Shown in pieces: positions 1 through 13,805 of a stretch of DNA of 64,000 bases. The position numbers and the translations under genes are program-made. This DNA is from Tricharina praecox (taxonomy: Eukaryota): NCBI RefSeq assembly GCF_024521635.1, contig NW_026250433.1, positions 310,001-374,000 of the forward strand. The letters are read 5' to 3'. The first letter of the stretch is position 1, and the number at the start of each line of letters is the position of its first letter. The notes under the pieces were generated by a model, which was not told the DNA's origin, made no database searches, and was given only the letters and a program-made list of their open reading frames with translations.

Positions 1-31
1 AGTTGGGGGAGGAGAGTGTGCTCGTATGTAC

Positions 32-220
32 CTTGGGGAAGCTCAAAGTTGCAGGGAACACGCCACCTTCGAATGGTGTGTCGTCGGGCCCCCGTATTAA
101 ACACTCCCATTCCAGAAGGTTGTCCTCGTCGATCGGTCCGGCGCATATGCCCTCCGGTGCTTCCCGGATCAGCTCTTTGTATTCCTTAAGGAGACGTCTG
201 TTGGCGACGGCAAAAGACAT
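32..220 (-). CDS. UBC7: Ubiquitin-conjugating enzyme E2 (Ubc7/UBE2G2 family), first exon only; gene continues beyond window start
   Basis: Not in the ORF track. Manual translation from ATG at 220 gives MSFAVANRRLLKEYKELIREAPEGICAGPIDEDNLLEWECLIRGPDDTPFEGGVFPATLSFPK, followed by a GTACAT donor at 31. This is a typical Ubc7 N-terminus. Confidence 0.9.
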
Positions 221-503
221 GGCGTGCGTGTAGTGTGTATAATAGTATGTGCGGTGGTGATGGTGGTGGTGGTGGTAACGAGAAGTTGTGGTTGTAGTGA
301 TGAGTGGCGCTCGGGAGAGAGATCCTCGGGAGCGAACTTGGAGGTGAAGCTCATGTTGTCCATACACCCTGCCAAGACCAGCTAAAGTACTTCACAATCC
401 TTGCAGGGCGAACTGATAATGGGTGACATGATGACTTCATTTGGCGGGGGATAAACACCCCGAAGCTGTTAGCTATCCTACTTTTTCAACATGCACAACT
501 CCG

Positions 504-2123
504 ATGTCGACCATCTACAATATCACGAAAGTTTTCCGGCCCCTAATACAATGCCGCAATCTCTCCTCCCTACGCTCATCCAGCGGCCCGGGGCCTCGAG
601 GCACCATAGGCCGTCGTCCAGCACCCGCCGGCATTCCCGACAATGCGACGAAAGCGAGTACCACGCTCCTCCGGCCTGAGCCTATCGCCGAGGTACCGGA
701 CAATAGCTATAACTCCCTGAGCACGCCCGTCTACATCCCCGAGGACCCGGGCGCTGTAATTACCTCGAGGCATCCAGCGGCAAGAATGCTCGAGAACTCG
801 GCGTTGGTTATACAGAGGCAGTTGGAGCTGGGAAATATTTTGCTGTACGTCTCTATATCATCTGGCAGAAGCCGGCGGCTCACGATATGGACAGCGGCTT
901 CGAGCAGGCAAACAAATACGTCATCATGGATCCCGCCGGAAACCACGTCGGCTTCATGGCCGAGGAGGAAAACAGCATTACAAAGGTGGTGATGCGACAA
1001 TGGGCACGCACGCATCGGTCGTTTCAAACCCACGTATTCGACAAGCACGGAGTTGAAATACTACGGGTCTGGCTCCCTCCCCCCTCTTACCTATCTTTTC
1101 CAGCCGTGGCTAAACGGGCCCCCAAAAGTTCCACAGGCCATTCTCGTTCATCAACTCGGCAATTACAGCGTACGATCCGCTGGACCCCGCAACCTTGGGT
1201 AACGGCGGAACACCGGAGTATGTATCGCGAGATAAGTACAGAATCATCGGAGAGTGTCAGCAGCAGTGGCACGTGCTGAGGAGGAAGTACAATCTCTTTC
1301 TATACCAAGACCAGCCTGCCGAGTCCGATGTTGAGCCGGTGGCTGGAGGGAGGGGCGGGACATATAAGCAATTTGCGTATGTCGATGAGCCAGTTCTGTC
1401 ATGGTACGTCCCACACCTCGTATGTGTCGCAGTGGACGTATGCTTATAAGGGCGGCCAGGGACTTCTCACTCCTGACCGACTCGACTCCTCCCTCGCTGA
1501 TCGGCAGCGTAAATCGCAACTTCGCCGGCTTCGGCCGCGAGATCTTCACCGACACGGGTGTATACGCGCTCCGCATGGACGCGGCCAGCGTCGCCGCCGA
1601 GCCGCAGCACCTAATCTCTAACAGCCACAAGCAGCACTCGTACCGCGTCCCCGCCGCCGTCGAAACCCCAGAATCGACGGAACTCGAGGGCGTGGGCAAG
1701 CCCGCGGCCGGCAGGGGAATGACACTCGACGAGAGAGCGGTAATGCTGGCTGCTGCCGTGTCGATTGATTTCGACTACTTTAGTAGACACTCCTCCGCCA
1801 TGGGACATGGCGGGTTCATGCCGATTGGTGTGTTCGGCGGCGGTGGAGGCGAACATAATCCTAGTTCTGGTGCTGCCGGTGGCGTGGCGGGGGGCGTGAT
1901 GGGAGGTGCCGCCGGCGGTGCTATGGATGGGTATCACGGTGACCAGCAGCAGGAGCAGGCGCCGGATCAGTACGGCGGGTATCCGGTGCAGCAGTCGGAT
2001 CCGTGGGAACAGCAGCAGCAGCAGACCCCGTGGCAGCAAGGACCGGGCGAGGATATCGGTGGTGGCGGTGATGGTGAAAGTGGTGGCGGCGGGGCGTTCT
2101 GGTTCTTTGATGACGAGGACTGA
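504..2123 (+). CDS. AIM25: Phospholipid scramblase family protein (Aim25-like, probably mitochondrial), multi-exon
   Basis: Segments ALVIQRQLELGNIL / GFEQANKYVIMDP / RQWARTHRSF / QQQWHVLRRKYNLF / SVNRNFAGFGREIFTDTGVYALR / TLDERAVMLAAAVSIDFDYFSRHS are joined by short GT-AG introns. The N-terminus is Arg/Ser-rich and presequence-like. Confidence 0.9.
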
Positions 2124-2507
2124 GCTTGGGCAGCGGCCGTGAACACTACTGTAGATACATACTCTGGATAGAAACCTCCCCAATCAAAGCATAAGATCCT
2201 CACCAGATATCACCCGGCGGTTTGGATGCGAGAGAAGTCGATGTTCCGTCGTATGCATAGGTACAGGAAGAGCTTGATCCGATGGGTTATACGGATTACG
2301 GGCCATATCTCAGAAGAATGCATGAGTAATCGATATTCAATTGCCCGTCTAGACAAACCCACAAACGTTCATCCGGAATTCCCAGACCCATTACACTCCT
2401 CCCCCAAATGCACCAAATGCACCATCCCCAGGGTATTACATTAACCGTCCATCCATCCATCATAACCACATGTAGCATGCTTCCTGTAGCATGCTTCACA
2501 CTAGACA

Positions 2508-4819
2508 TTACTCGATATGCTCGTACTGCCGAGCAAACATCCCCAGCGCCTTGATCGAGAACACGTTCTTGTAGTTCGGATACGAGATCATACTGTCACC
2601 GCAAATGTCAGTTCCGACGTCAAAGTCACGGAGGCGGGGGGTGGGTGGGGGGAACACACCAGCTCTTATTAAACACGCCCTCGATGGCCTCCTGCAGCCA
2701 CTCTCCATTCGGCTGCTGCCTGCTCCTCAGCAACTTAATCCCCCTCTCGATCTCCTCCTTCTTGGGATACTTCGCATTCATGAGTCCAATGCACGCCCAG
2801 GCCGTATTGACAACCTGCGATTTCTCGTGATGTATATACTCCGCCTTGACGGAGCTCATGTAACCCTCGCCCCACCCGCCGTCGTCCATCTGCTTGCTGA
2901 CGATGAACTCGCACGCCTTCCGGACGACGGGCGAGTTCTCCCACGTGTGGCCGGTGAGCGCGAGAGACTCCAGCGCGAACATGTTTGCGTAGTTGAAGCA
3001 GATGCCCCACGCACCGTACCAGCTGCCGTCAGGGCGCTGCGAGTTCTTGATGAAGCCGATGGCGCGGTGGATGGTGGTTTGTATCTCGGTGGCGCGGTAT
3101 TTGGGATAATGCTCGCGGAACAGCGCGAGGCTGGTGACGACGGCGGTGGTGCACTCGGGGTAGGAGTACTCGACCATGATCTTGCCGAAGACCTCTGCGG
3201 CGTTGAGGTGTTCTGCCCAGGGGCCGGCGCGGATCGGCTCGTAGGAGGCGAAGCCGCCGTCGGCGTTCTGCATGGTGAGCATGACGTCGACGGCGTCCAT
3301 GCAGCGGCGGTCGTCGACGAGCTTGGGCATGCCCGGCGTGAACTGCAGCATCATCACCGCCTTGAGCCCCTCGGCCGTGCAGTCGCTCACCGTGTACCCC
3401 TGCGTGCGCTTGCTGAACGCCCACGCGCCTTTGCGCGTCTGCCGGTAGCACTTGTCCATCTCGGGGCAGTTCTCGCGGATCTGCTGATCCTCGAGGAACT
3501 CGAGGGCTTTGATGAGCATCTCTTTGAACTCGGGCTCCTCCGTGAGCTCGCACTCGACTACCGCCTGCACCAGGAAACTGGTGTCCCACGTCTGCACGCC
3601 GTCCGTGCCGTTCATCAGCATGCCCTCGCTCTTCATCCACATGAACTCCTTGAGCGTTTCGCGGTGCCGCTGGACGGCGTAGCTGTCCCCGCCCTCGGTC
3701 AGGTAGCGCGCGACGAAGTTGAGAGGGTTGTTGACGGGCCCCAGGCAGCAGTACTGCGTGTTCTCGTCCTCGCGGCAGATGAGATCGTACACGTGCTTCC
3801 GCGCATAGCTCTGGACGAAGGTCGGACACACGTAGCTTCCCCAGGCGCCGAGGACATGATTGGCGACATCCAGTAGCGGCGAGTGGGGATGGTATAGGTC
3901 CGCCGGCGCGACGGTGTTCCGGTGCCTCGAGAAATCGATGGTGGCATAGTCCTGGGTGTACAGCTCCTCACGCAGCGAGCGGATCAGGTCGTTCTTTGGG
4001 TGCGAGTGCCGCAGCGAGTACATGTACGACATGGGCAGATACACCTGTCTGGTGTGGACCCACCACCTCCAGGGGTGGAACGGGACCCAGTTCGGCAGAC
4101 ACCACAGCTCCGGCGGGATGGGGTTCATTCCGTCCCAGCTGTAGCAGCCGAGCAGTGCGAGCCAGAACTTCCCCCAGTGCGGTGAGCCGAGCGCTCCGCC
4201 GAGCTCGTGGAGTCGGTTGCGTGCCTTCTGCGCGACGGGGTGGTCCGGCCCCATGCCCAACAGCCGCAGGACGACGTAGTTAAGAGCTGTGCCGAAAACG
4301 GAGGATTCGCCTTCGATATGTAGCCCCCAGCCGCCGTCCTTGGGGTTTGCGCGGGCGGTGAGGTAGTTGATGATTTCGACCTTCCATGGCTCGGGAACGG
4401 GAGTGTTGGTGACGTAGAAGGAGATGATGAGGCCCGGAAGGAGGAACATGGGACCTTATGGGCTGTCAGCACGGACAGCACGTAGACAGCGGACGGGAAT
4501 GCACACCTCCGTATTCACAAGCCCATTGACCGTCCGGCAGCTGGAGTTGGGAAAAGAACCGCAGTCCATTACGAGCAGCCTCGAGGGAGTTTGAAGCTTC
4601 GGGAAGCGTAGGGAGGCCCTGTAGCAGCAGCAGCTCGTCAGAACCCATTGACTCCCCGCAAATTCAGAGTTCGATTCTCACAGTATCCATTCCCAGATGG
4701 TACTTGTCGTAGGTCGCCTGGGGCCATGCTGCAAGCTGTTCGTCGGACTCGAGGTAATGCCATGTCTGTCGTCCGCGTTCGGTCTTCAGTCGCCAGCGTG
4801 TATAGTCTGTCTTCGGCAT
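2508..4819 (-). CDS. ERG7: Lanosterol synthase (oxidosqualene cyclase), multi-exon
   Basis: Starts [11 protein letters not shown]...GRQTWHYL. Contains [23 protein letters not shown], catalytic VSDCTAE, QW repeats ([28 protein letters not shown]) and a last exon [17 protein letters not shown]. Confidence 0.97.
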
Positions 4820-5557
4820 GATTGCTGTCGATGCTGGTGGAAATATCTAGTCAATTCTGGGGGAAGTCGAATGGTATTTATTCGTGGAGCTCCCAGTGGT
4901 GGTCGTTGAACTCTACACTGGAATATTTCACAGGCCAGACGAGAGCTTGGGCGTGATAAGGGGTTCCGGGGGCCGGAAGTGCGAGACAATTGGCTGGCAG
5001 ACTGACCGCGTCCCCTATGCGCGATGGACACGTACAGATACCTGACCCGGTGTAATCTGACGGTGCCTTGCTCGAAATGATTGCTATTATGATACTTCTA
5101 TGAATTTCTCCCAAAAGGATTTATTCTTCAGAACGTTCTTCACGTTTAGCCTCTCTCGTAGATTTTTCACTTGTGTAACAGTGTTCCTGAATGATCGCGA
5201 TGAGCGCGATGACCCGTGCAGCAGCGACGCAACATGCGGACAGCATGGGTGTTTCGGTGGTGGTGTCTTCCGTGTTTTGGCTGTGTGTAACGACGGTGGG
5301 TTTCACAGCTAAGCGGCGCGTCCAGCAGACTTCAAAACAACGCCCAGAAACCTCGCCCTATGCACATCAACCGTAACCCTCGCAACCATCCGCCACCCGC
5401 CATTCGCTCCGCCAACCCGCAGGACAAGGAGGGGCCCCCGCTTACCACCACTGTCACTACGACCTATTGATCTCACCTGCCTTGTCCGTCTCTCGCGACC
5501 TCTAAGCTTGAGTGGTGCACTTCCTTTGTTTCGACACACACCAAGCAAAGCCGCAAG

Positions 5558-8500
5558 ATGGATGACGACTTCGACTCTCCCGACAGCGACGGACATGCCT
5601 CCATTCCGTCGCCCACCGAGACTTCTTTCAACATCAGCAACGGTAAGCTAGCCTCCATTCCGGCAAACAGAAGGCGTGTGGGTCGGAAGTTGATCTTCGA
5701 GAAGCTCTCCAGAACGCAAGAGTGTGGCCACCGGAATCGTCAGCTAGTCAGTCCTCCGGCGACGAAGTGGACGAGTCGCCAATCGTAGTGTTCCGCCGTC
5801 GCAATTCCAAAAAGTCGAAGCGGGTGCTCCCAAGTATACTCGGTTCATCTCCTGATGCGAAGACGCCTTCGAGGGTGGTCCTGCGGCCGACAAACTCAAA
5901 CGACTCCCCACAGTCCACACCCAAGACGACCCGGTCAAAGCGGAGCTCGGAGAATAAAAGTCCCCACCTCGACATGAATTCGGAAGAGGATGACGACATC
6001 GTTCAGAGTGACGAGCGCCGATATGACGGCGGGGACGAATCTGACAGCTCGATCGTAGTGCCGTCCACCTCCGAAGCATCGACCCCGCACCCGGAGTCAA
6101 CACCTGACGCTCTGACAGGCCTGTCGAAGAGGGTGGCAGTGCGTAGGCCTCGAGACAGCCCTGCGAAGCATCAATCGCCGACGCGGAAATCGGGATCTCC
6201 TTCAACACCAGCCAACCGTTTCTTCGGCGGGCAGCAAGGATCCTCCAGTGACAATGGCGAGGAAGATACAATGCTCCCAGAGCCATCACAAGGAAGCGAG
6301 GGCCAAGAAACGAAGCAGACCGCATCGGGGGACTCTACACCTTTGGATCACGCTCAGGGAACAGGCGCAATGTTGCCGCCCGATACACCGGAGAGCCTGG
6401 AGGATAGACCGCAAATGCAGAACCAAGCGCGGACGGTCTCCCAAGTGTCGACGGCTAGTGTCATGCGAAACGAGATATTCGAGGAAATTGACGCTAGTGT
6501 GCTCATGGAGAAAATGTCGCAAGCTTTGGTGCCAGTACAATCGGGACGGCCGACTCCTCGAAGGGTGTCATTCGGAAACCTAGAAATACCTGATACCTCT
6601 GATGAGAGTGCGACAGAAAGTATGGGCAAAATTTCGGGCAACTCATCGGATTCGGCGATACCTCAGACTCCGCCAAATAGGAACATACCGCGAAGAAAGT
6701 ACATCCAGACAAACGTGGTGCCGTCTAATTTCTCTTTCAAGCGCAACACCATCTCAAGTTCGACCCCACCAATAACGCCAAACAAAGGAATGTTTGCTTT
6801 GGGCACAAAGCCTAGTAACAAAGGCAAAGAAGCACCTTTGGCTGCACCCCCAAGCTCTTTGCCTGGTGCTGGGAGACCTACCGCCTCTCCAGAGGTTCCA
6901 GCGTCCGAAGCTGCCACCGAGGGCCACAACGTCTCGCCTCTGAAGACTGCAGACGGTAATATTTTTGCGACACCGCACTATTCCTACCGCAATTTTGATC
7001 TATGGAAACTGAAGAATAGTAAATTAGCACGCCGAGTCTCTATGTCTACCCCACCATCGATGTCTTCCATCTCAACAACGGACACCGAAGCCCTTCGAAA
7101 AGAGCTTCCATCACCGCTCCCCAGTGATTTCACAGTGTCGCCGGAGCAGCTTCCAGGACGACCCCATTCTGCTGCGGACGTCATCGCCGACGAACAAACC
7201 TTCAAGGACAACCCACGCCCCGTAGGCACACAGCCTCCACCAAACTCCACGATAAATACCCCGGATGACCAAAACAGCACCCAGCCATCGCTTGGAAATG
7301 AGAATGGCAGATTGGGAGAGAGGAGCAAAAGTAATCCGCTTGACTCTGTGCCCGGAGCTATTCAACGCAGTGATAAACCCCCAAGGCAGCTCTTTGATGT
7401 CGACAGAGTAGAGAAGGTCGGAGATGTTGCACCGGGATCTGCTAGGAATAATGGTGAAACAGACCTGCAAGAAGGCCCCTCGACTATCGGTGATACTTCC
7501 TCCAGTGACACCGCGAGTGACGCTACCCCAAAGCTACGCACTCTGGAAATTCGGAATAGTAGACCGGATTCGTCGGAAGATGAAGGAGAGCGGACTTCCA
7601 AGAATACCAAAAAGAATCGGTAATTTCCCTACCAATATGCGGCTCGGTGATCTATTGCTGATACCACGGCTAGTGACAGCATGGGCGGTCATGCGTGGTC
7701 TGGTTTTTCTGAAACTTTCCGATCAACCACACCCTCCTACGAGCCGGGTCAGACCACCATGCAAGACAAGGATATCGAAGACATGTCTAGCTCTCAGTTC
7801 CATATGGCATCGTCATCCCACGATGGAAGCCTCAGACTTGGAGATGTCGAAGTCAGGGTTCAAACACCCAACTCGGTCCGAGGAGACGAATCCGAGCTAC
7901 ACGATGATCCGGAGTCTATGCGCCGTCATATCTTCGAGCTAAGGCAAACTCTCAACCAAGCTTCGAAGAAAGACGAAGAGCAGCGAGAAAAGATCCGTGA
8001 ACTGAGCGATACTGTCACTCAGTACGAGGAGGAGTACGGTGCAGTGCACAGCGACGTGGAGTTACACCGCCAAAGGGTCCGGTTCCTTGAAAAACAAGTA
8101 GCGGAACTCCAGGCGCATCAAAAGGGTCTCGAAGGCTCGCCAGCCACACCGCAAGTCCGCAAATACACCCTCAGAATTGCCGAACTCCAAGCAAAGATCG
8201 ATAGTCTCGAGACAGCAAGGAACGAGCAGGTCGAAATTCGCGAGCAGGAGAATGAGGAGCACGAAAACACAATCCGTCACCTCCGGGCAGCCCTAGATCA
8301 GCGCGTCAATTCAACCATCAATGAACCACTCCAGAAGAGGATCGTTGAACTCGAAAACCAACTTCAGCTGGAGAGAAAAGCGGGTAAAGAAAAAGTTAGC
8401 AACACCGAGAAAAAGTACAAGGAGTTGCTTGCCGAACAGGACGGGATGATCAACCACCTTCAAGCAGAGCTGGACGAATATGCCAATGTCATGCCAGTGG

Positions 8501-10050
8501 ACCCTGGTGACCGCACCTCCCGGATCTTTGATGCCGATGACGCCGGTGACGCCGGTGGATGGATGGACGAGAGATCCCAGGACATGAGCCAGTTCTTTGA
8601 AGACAGTCTTGACCATATCCTCACCCAAATCGGCGGTATGACCGAGATCGAGAATTTCGACGAGGCTGCAGAGGAGGCGGAGAAGAGCTTGAGGTATCTG
8701 GCGTCCAACGCTGGACATGATGGCCTCAGCAGGGCTGAGCTGGCTGCATTCGGCATTCAAAACTTGAAAGATGAGAATACCACGTACAAGTCTCTACACG
8801 CTCGGAGCGAGCAGAGAGTAAACGATCTCTCACAGGCGAACGAATCGTTGGGCAAGGAGGTGGAGTCTTTGAAATCGAAGGCTGAACAGCTAAACGCCCA
8901 AAACGCTGCGCTGCAGAAGGAGATCTCGGAGGGCCATGCGGCAGTCGAAAGGGTGGAGGAGGAAGTCACGCAGCTCGAACAGCGCCTCAAGGAGAATGCC
9001 CGGGCTCTGGAGAAAGCGCTGGCAGAGAACGAGAAGTCACTCCGTCTGGATGAACGGGTCCGCAACCTTGAGGCACAACTGGCAGCCCTCGAGCAATCGT
9101 ACGTGCAGGCGCAGAAGGAACTTGAGAGATGGAAAGCGCAGACTGCCGAGGCGGAGAAGAAGGTCAAGGAGCAACAGGAGCGTTTGGTGCAGAATCAGAA
9201 GCAGCTGCGGGAGTCCGATGGCTATCTAGCCGAAGTCGAGGCGTACAAGCAACGAACTTCCGAACTCCTCAAGGAACTCGCGATCGTGGAAAAGAGCAAC
9301 AATGACCGAGTTATGCGCCTGGAGCAACAAATCGAGGATCTCGAAACCGCCAAAATCACGCTGACCAAGGAACGTGATGTCGCTCGGGAATCTGCCAGCC
9401 ATGTAGGCGAGACATCGACTACGATCCAGGGCCTCGAGAAGCGTATCGCAGCGGCGGACGAACGGCTCGAGAAGCTTCAAACCGAGAAGGCGGCCCTCGA
9501 AGCGTCCACCCTGAAGGCCGAGACGGAAGCTACTCAGGCACGCTCGCGCTTCAACGTTCTCCTCCACGAGAGTGCTGAGAAGGATAGCATCTGGAATGGT
9601 GTCAAATCTACGCTTCAGGCCGAACTAGAGCAGAAAACGAGAGAGCTTCACCACGCCGTCGAGCCGTACATCAAGGGACTCCAGCGCATCGCCGCCGAGG
9701 TCGACGAGTATGCGCCTGAGCGTGAGGGCGACAAGCAGCTCTTCGATCTGTTGCGAGCGGAACTGCTTGCGGAAGGCGTTGCCGAGATGGATACTGTCGC
9801 TGGTATCATTGTCGGCCTGAGAGCGCTCGATGTGCTCATCGACGGCCTCGATGGACAACAGAACGTGCTCCAGGAGAAGAATCAGAGGCTCAAAGCGGCC
9901 ATCAAGAGATGGGGTCTCGAACATACCAAGGAGAAGAGCAAGGTCGAGGGACTCAAGAAGCAGGTTAACGAGCTGACTCTGAGACTCAAGGCGGAGAAAA
10001 AGCAGAGTGATGAGAAGATAGGACAGCTCATCTTGGCTCTGCGGAGGTAG
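5558..10050 (+). CDS. Large protein (~1450 aa): Ser/Pro/Thr-rich disordered N-half plus long coiled-coil C-half; function unknown (spindle-pole-body or cytoskeletal scaffold possible)
   Basis: ORFs 5722-7623 and 7681-10050 are joined in frame by a 54-nt intron at 7620-7673 (GTAATT...GCTGAT...CTAG). Probable first exon 5558-5642 has a GTAAGC donor; its acceptor is uncertain. The C-half is E/K/L/Q heptad-rich. Confidence 0.75.
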
Positions 10051-10420
10051 ATGGGGGGATCAGAGGGATTTTGAGTTGAGTTCGGTTTTTCTCCTTTTTG
10101 CATTTGTGTTGGAGTGTTTGGCGTGCTTCTTGTGTTTACTACTACTACATAATCTTGGGCCGGTGGGAGGAGAGTCACTTTCTTGTTTTACTGGGTTCTT
10201 CTCGTTCTCTCTTTATTTTTTCTTGAGGCCTGGCGCATATTCCCTTGTTTATATACTGGTTTGCATCGATTGGCGTGAACTATCTGCTTGATTGAGTTTA
10301 GGTTTAACGATCGATTCTCCTCGCCTGCGTGAGTCAAAAGTATAAAAGCAAAGCAAAACCTTTTACGTGGTCTATATATCAGCATCCCCCTCTACTTGTA
10401 CACAAGTATCCTACCAAAGT

Positions 10421-11422
10421 TCAAACATCCTCCTCCTCCTCATCCTCCTCCTCCACAATCCCCGCCAGCCCCTCGCCATTCTCCTTATACCACCAAAACT
10501 GCGCAAAAATGACCAAATCCAGCAACAACGTTCCGGCACTGCCCAGCAGCCAGGACGCATTTACGGCGACGTACCGTCCATAATCCCTCCCGTCCTCGCC
10601 GCCACCATCGACATTGGCCAGAATGCTCAGCACATACGTTGCATTCCCGATCACCGCGAACATGAAAAACAGCACGCTGACGCCCTCGCATGACCGCCGC
10701 TGGTGGTTCAAAAGGATCTGCGGGATCCGTGAGGCGAGGTAGAGGAATGCGCACAGGTAGCCCGAGGCTTGGCCGAGCGGCGAGAATGAGATGTGGCCGT
10801 GCGGCGGGGAGGAGGGGGTGGATGGGGATAAAAGGTAGCCGAGTACCCCCGCGAGCACCACTACTAGCACGGCAAGAGTGTTGACCAGTACGGATTTCCA
10901 GAGCGCCTGCTGTGGTGCTGCCGTGAGAAGGTGCAGCTCGTCGTCCTCGTCGTCTTTGGCGGCGAAGAGTGGGTCCTCCTCACCCTCCTCACTCTCGCCG
11001 AGTGTAGAAGTAGAATTGGAGTTCCGCCGCTGGTAGTAAAGACACTGTCCCAGCAGGACGATATCGGCGAGTGTATAATACGCCGCGAGGATAATCTTTG
11101 CACCTCACTCATCAGCCCACATCTCCCCCCCCCCCCCCCCCCCCCCCAGCCCACCCCTCCCCTCCCCCTCCTCTCTCCATCCAAGACTCACCATAGTCGG
11201 CAAAACCCCCTGGACCACAGCACCGACGATATTGAACAGATCGCCGAGCAGCCATATGACAAGGAAGACCAGGCTGAGGCCGTCGCCGGAGCCGCGCCGG
11301 AAGTTCTGCAGGATCTGTGGCGTGAACACGACGATCCAGCACGCGATGCTGATGCTTCCCGTTACGCCGCTGAGCGCTGTCAGGTTTAGCGACGGGAGGA
11401 TTTGTGTGGGCGGGAATAACAT
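10421..11422 (-). CDS. PQ-loop vacuolar basic amino acid transporter (Ypq1/Rtc2/PQLC2 family), 2 exons
   Basis: Two PQ-loop repeats: GSISIACWIVVFTPQILQNF...GLSLVFLVIWLLGDLFN and GYLCAFLYLASRIPQILLN...CEGVSVLFF...GN; also NASWLLGSAGTLLLD. Confidence 0.92.
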
Positions 11423-11828
11423 TGCCGAGGGGGGACAGGTGGAGGGAGGAGTGAAGGGGAGGAGGGAGACGAGCGGTGGCGGGAAATACTCGACTCAAAA
11501 TGACATGACCCACGGCACATGGGAAAATCTCAATCGCATGCGAAAAATGCTTGGGTTCGTTCGGGCGGTGGCGCCGGATGGACAGACAGACAAGGAACAT
11601 GGTTGCAACCAACGGCGTTTTGCGGGGGCGGTTGATCGACAGCGTTGCATGACGACCAAGAGGTGATTGGGATGGATGGTTTCAGACCAGCAAGCAAACA
11701 AGTAATCAATCCGATTCAATTCACCGTAGCAACTAAACATACAGGCAATGTGTACAGCGTAAGTATCGTAAAACCTCCATGAACATCAGACGGATGCGCA
11801 TTAAATTCTGTTCAATCCGGCACCCTCA

Positions 11829-13272
11829 CTACTCGCCCCACTTCTTGGCCTCCATTCCATCTGCATTCTTGTCAGCGCTGCCCCTCCATGTAGATTAGAA
11901 CAAAGGTACAAACTCACCTGGAGGACTAGTCTCGACCTGAGCCTTTCCAACCTCGGACCAGTTAGTGCTCAGCGCCGTGCCATTGCTCTCGATATAGCTC
12001 TTCATCATGGCCCTCCTTGTGTCCTCATCCGCGTCCTTGTACAGCTTCTTGAAGAACATATTGACCGGATCGCCGCCATCATCGCTATCGTACACCATAT
12101 CCGCCTCATCCTCCGCGTCTTCCTCGCCGTCTTTGCCCTTCCCCTTCCCCTTCTTGTCTTTCGACTTAGCCGAGAGATCCCGCGCAAGTTTGTCCCAATC
12201 CTTTGGTCCAGCCTTGGACGAGGATGGATACACGGGCTTATCCTCCTTGCTAGCTTCCGCTGCCGTTTCAACCGGCGCTTCAGCCTCGCCTTCGAGGTCG
12301 GCCCATTTCTTGTTGGGGTTTTCTTTGCGGAGGTTAACTTCGATTTTAGTGGAGTAGATGTTGAAGTGGGATTGATCGGCCTGGATGAAGTCCCATAGCG
12401 GATCGACGTCGAAAGTGAAGTCGCTACCGGAAGAAAGTGGGAAGGAAATCGAGACCTAGCGACCGACCCCACAACTGTTAATAAAGCCCTTCGCTGTATT
12501 ATGGCGCAGGTGGGAAGCAAACCGTCTTGTCGTGGATCTCGATGGTAGCCTTGTCTTTCGGAACGCCCTTGGCGTACACCGTCAGGACGACATGCGTAGG
12601 CGTCTGATACCACTCGTGACGGATCTTGTCGGACGGCGTAGAAGAGCCTAGAGACGGCGGCGGAGGCGGCGGGGCAGCGACGGCAGCAGGAGTAGACGAA
12701 GCGGTAGTCGGCGACGTGGACGCAGTCCAAGCATTAGACGAAGCAGTACCACCACCAGCAGCCGGAACCTTCCCCTTCCCCTTCTCCGTATCCAAGCCCA
12801 CAATCTTCGCCTGCGCCTTCGGCACGTCCACCTCCGGAATAGCCGTGATCGTGACCTCGCGCGCAACATCATCGTCATCCAGTTTCTCCAGCACCATTTC
12901 TAGCTTCTTCCTCCAGACACCGATCATGTTCTTCTCGGCGACGGCCGTACATCTAGTCTCCGCCTCGGAGAGGCAGAACGCGGCGTCGCCGTAGCGGCCC
13001 AGAAGGTGCAGTGCGATCGCACGGCGGAGCTGTGCGGTTCCGATCAGCTCGCGCTTGCCGCGGCAGTGCGCGAGCATCACGGCAAGCTCGGCATCGTACA
13101 GCGCGAGCTCGTATTGTGCTGAGCGCTGGTAGGCCGTCGAGCGCTTGATGTAGTAGTCGGGAGCTTCGGGATTGATCGCGAGAGCTTGCGAGTACAGCGA
13201 GATCGCCTCTGGGTAGTTCGACACGGTGAAGGCCTTGAAGCCTCGCTCGGCGAGGGTGGTTGATGACGCCAT
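11829..13272 (-). CDS. SGT1: Hsp90 co-chaperone Sgt1 (TPR-CS-SGS), 3 exons
   Basis: TPR N-terminus, CS domain KIRHEWYQT...VYAKGV, and SGS domain YPSSSK...KDWDK...FFKKLYKDADEDTRRAMMKSYIESNGTALSTNWSEV...PPDGMEAKKW. Confidence 0.96.
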
Positions 13273-13438
13273 CGCGCGTGTGGTGTGGTGTGTCGGTTAT
13301 GTAAATACCTAAATGTGTTTCTTGAAGTGGACGGGAAGTGTTTGTTGGAAGGGATGCTTGACGAATGGTCGCGATATTAGTGGGGTAGCCAGGTTGAAGT
13401 TTAGTACTGTGTCACCGCCTTAGTGCAAGCAACCCGCT

Positions 13439-13453
13439 TTTCTAGAGGTTTCT
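13439..13453. promoter_or_regulatory. Candidate heat-shock element upstream of SGT1
   Basis: tTTCtaGAGgtTTCt forms three alternating nGAAn-type units (one GAG variant), about 170 bp upstream of the start of an Hsp90 co-chaperone gene. Confidence 0.4.
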
Positions 13454-13805
13454 ATCGAAGAGTACTAGGGAGCTTGCATTCAATTGGGATGCCAAAAAAG
13501 AAATAATGAGACATGACGATTGATTGAGTTGACTTTATGTAAAGTATTCAGCCCGACAATTCTCGACCAACGAGTAAGAAATAGGTATGACCATGGCTTG
13601 GGAATGAATTCGAAAAAAAGAAGTGCACAGAGCCTTCTATACAAGATAGCTACCAGAGCATCGAGTGAAGAAAGAAAAGAAAAAAACAGGACGCTACAAG
13701 CAGTATTCATAGCGCATACAGCATGCGGCTCATCGATGCAACCCATTATCACATCAAGAATTCTATAGCCGACAGGAACGACATGAAAGGGATAAGTCGT
13801 CCAGC

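Noticed and set aside
2605..3876. 423-aa plus-strand ORF, and similar antisense ORFs at 36809-38212, 44898-45662 and 47720-48355
   Set aside because: Antisense shadows of GC3-rich genes (ERG7, RTT109, SYG1, HSX11) with no recognisable motifs.
2508..4819. Oxidosqualene cyclase as the core of a triterpene biosynthetic cluster
   Set aside because: No P450, transferase or other tailoring genes are nearby; neighbours are housekeeping genes, so primary-metabolism ERG7 is the simpler reading.
11125..11147. Long C or G homopolymers (also 55348-55363)
   Set aside because: Both fall inside introns (PQ-loop gene, CAC1), so they do not shift reading frames; simple low-complexity runs.
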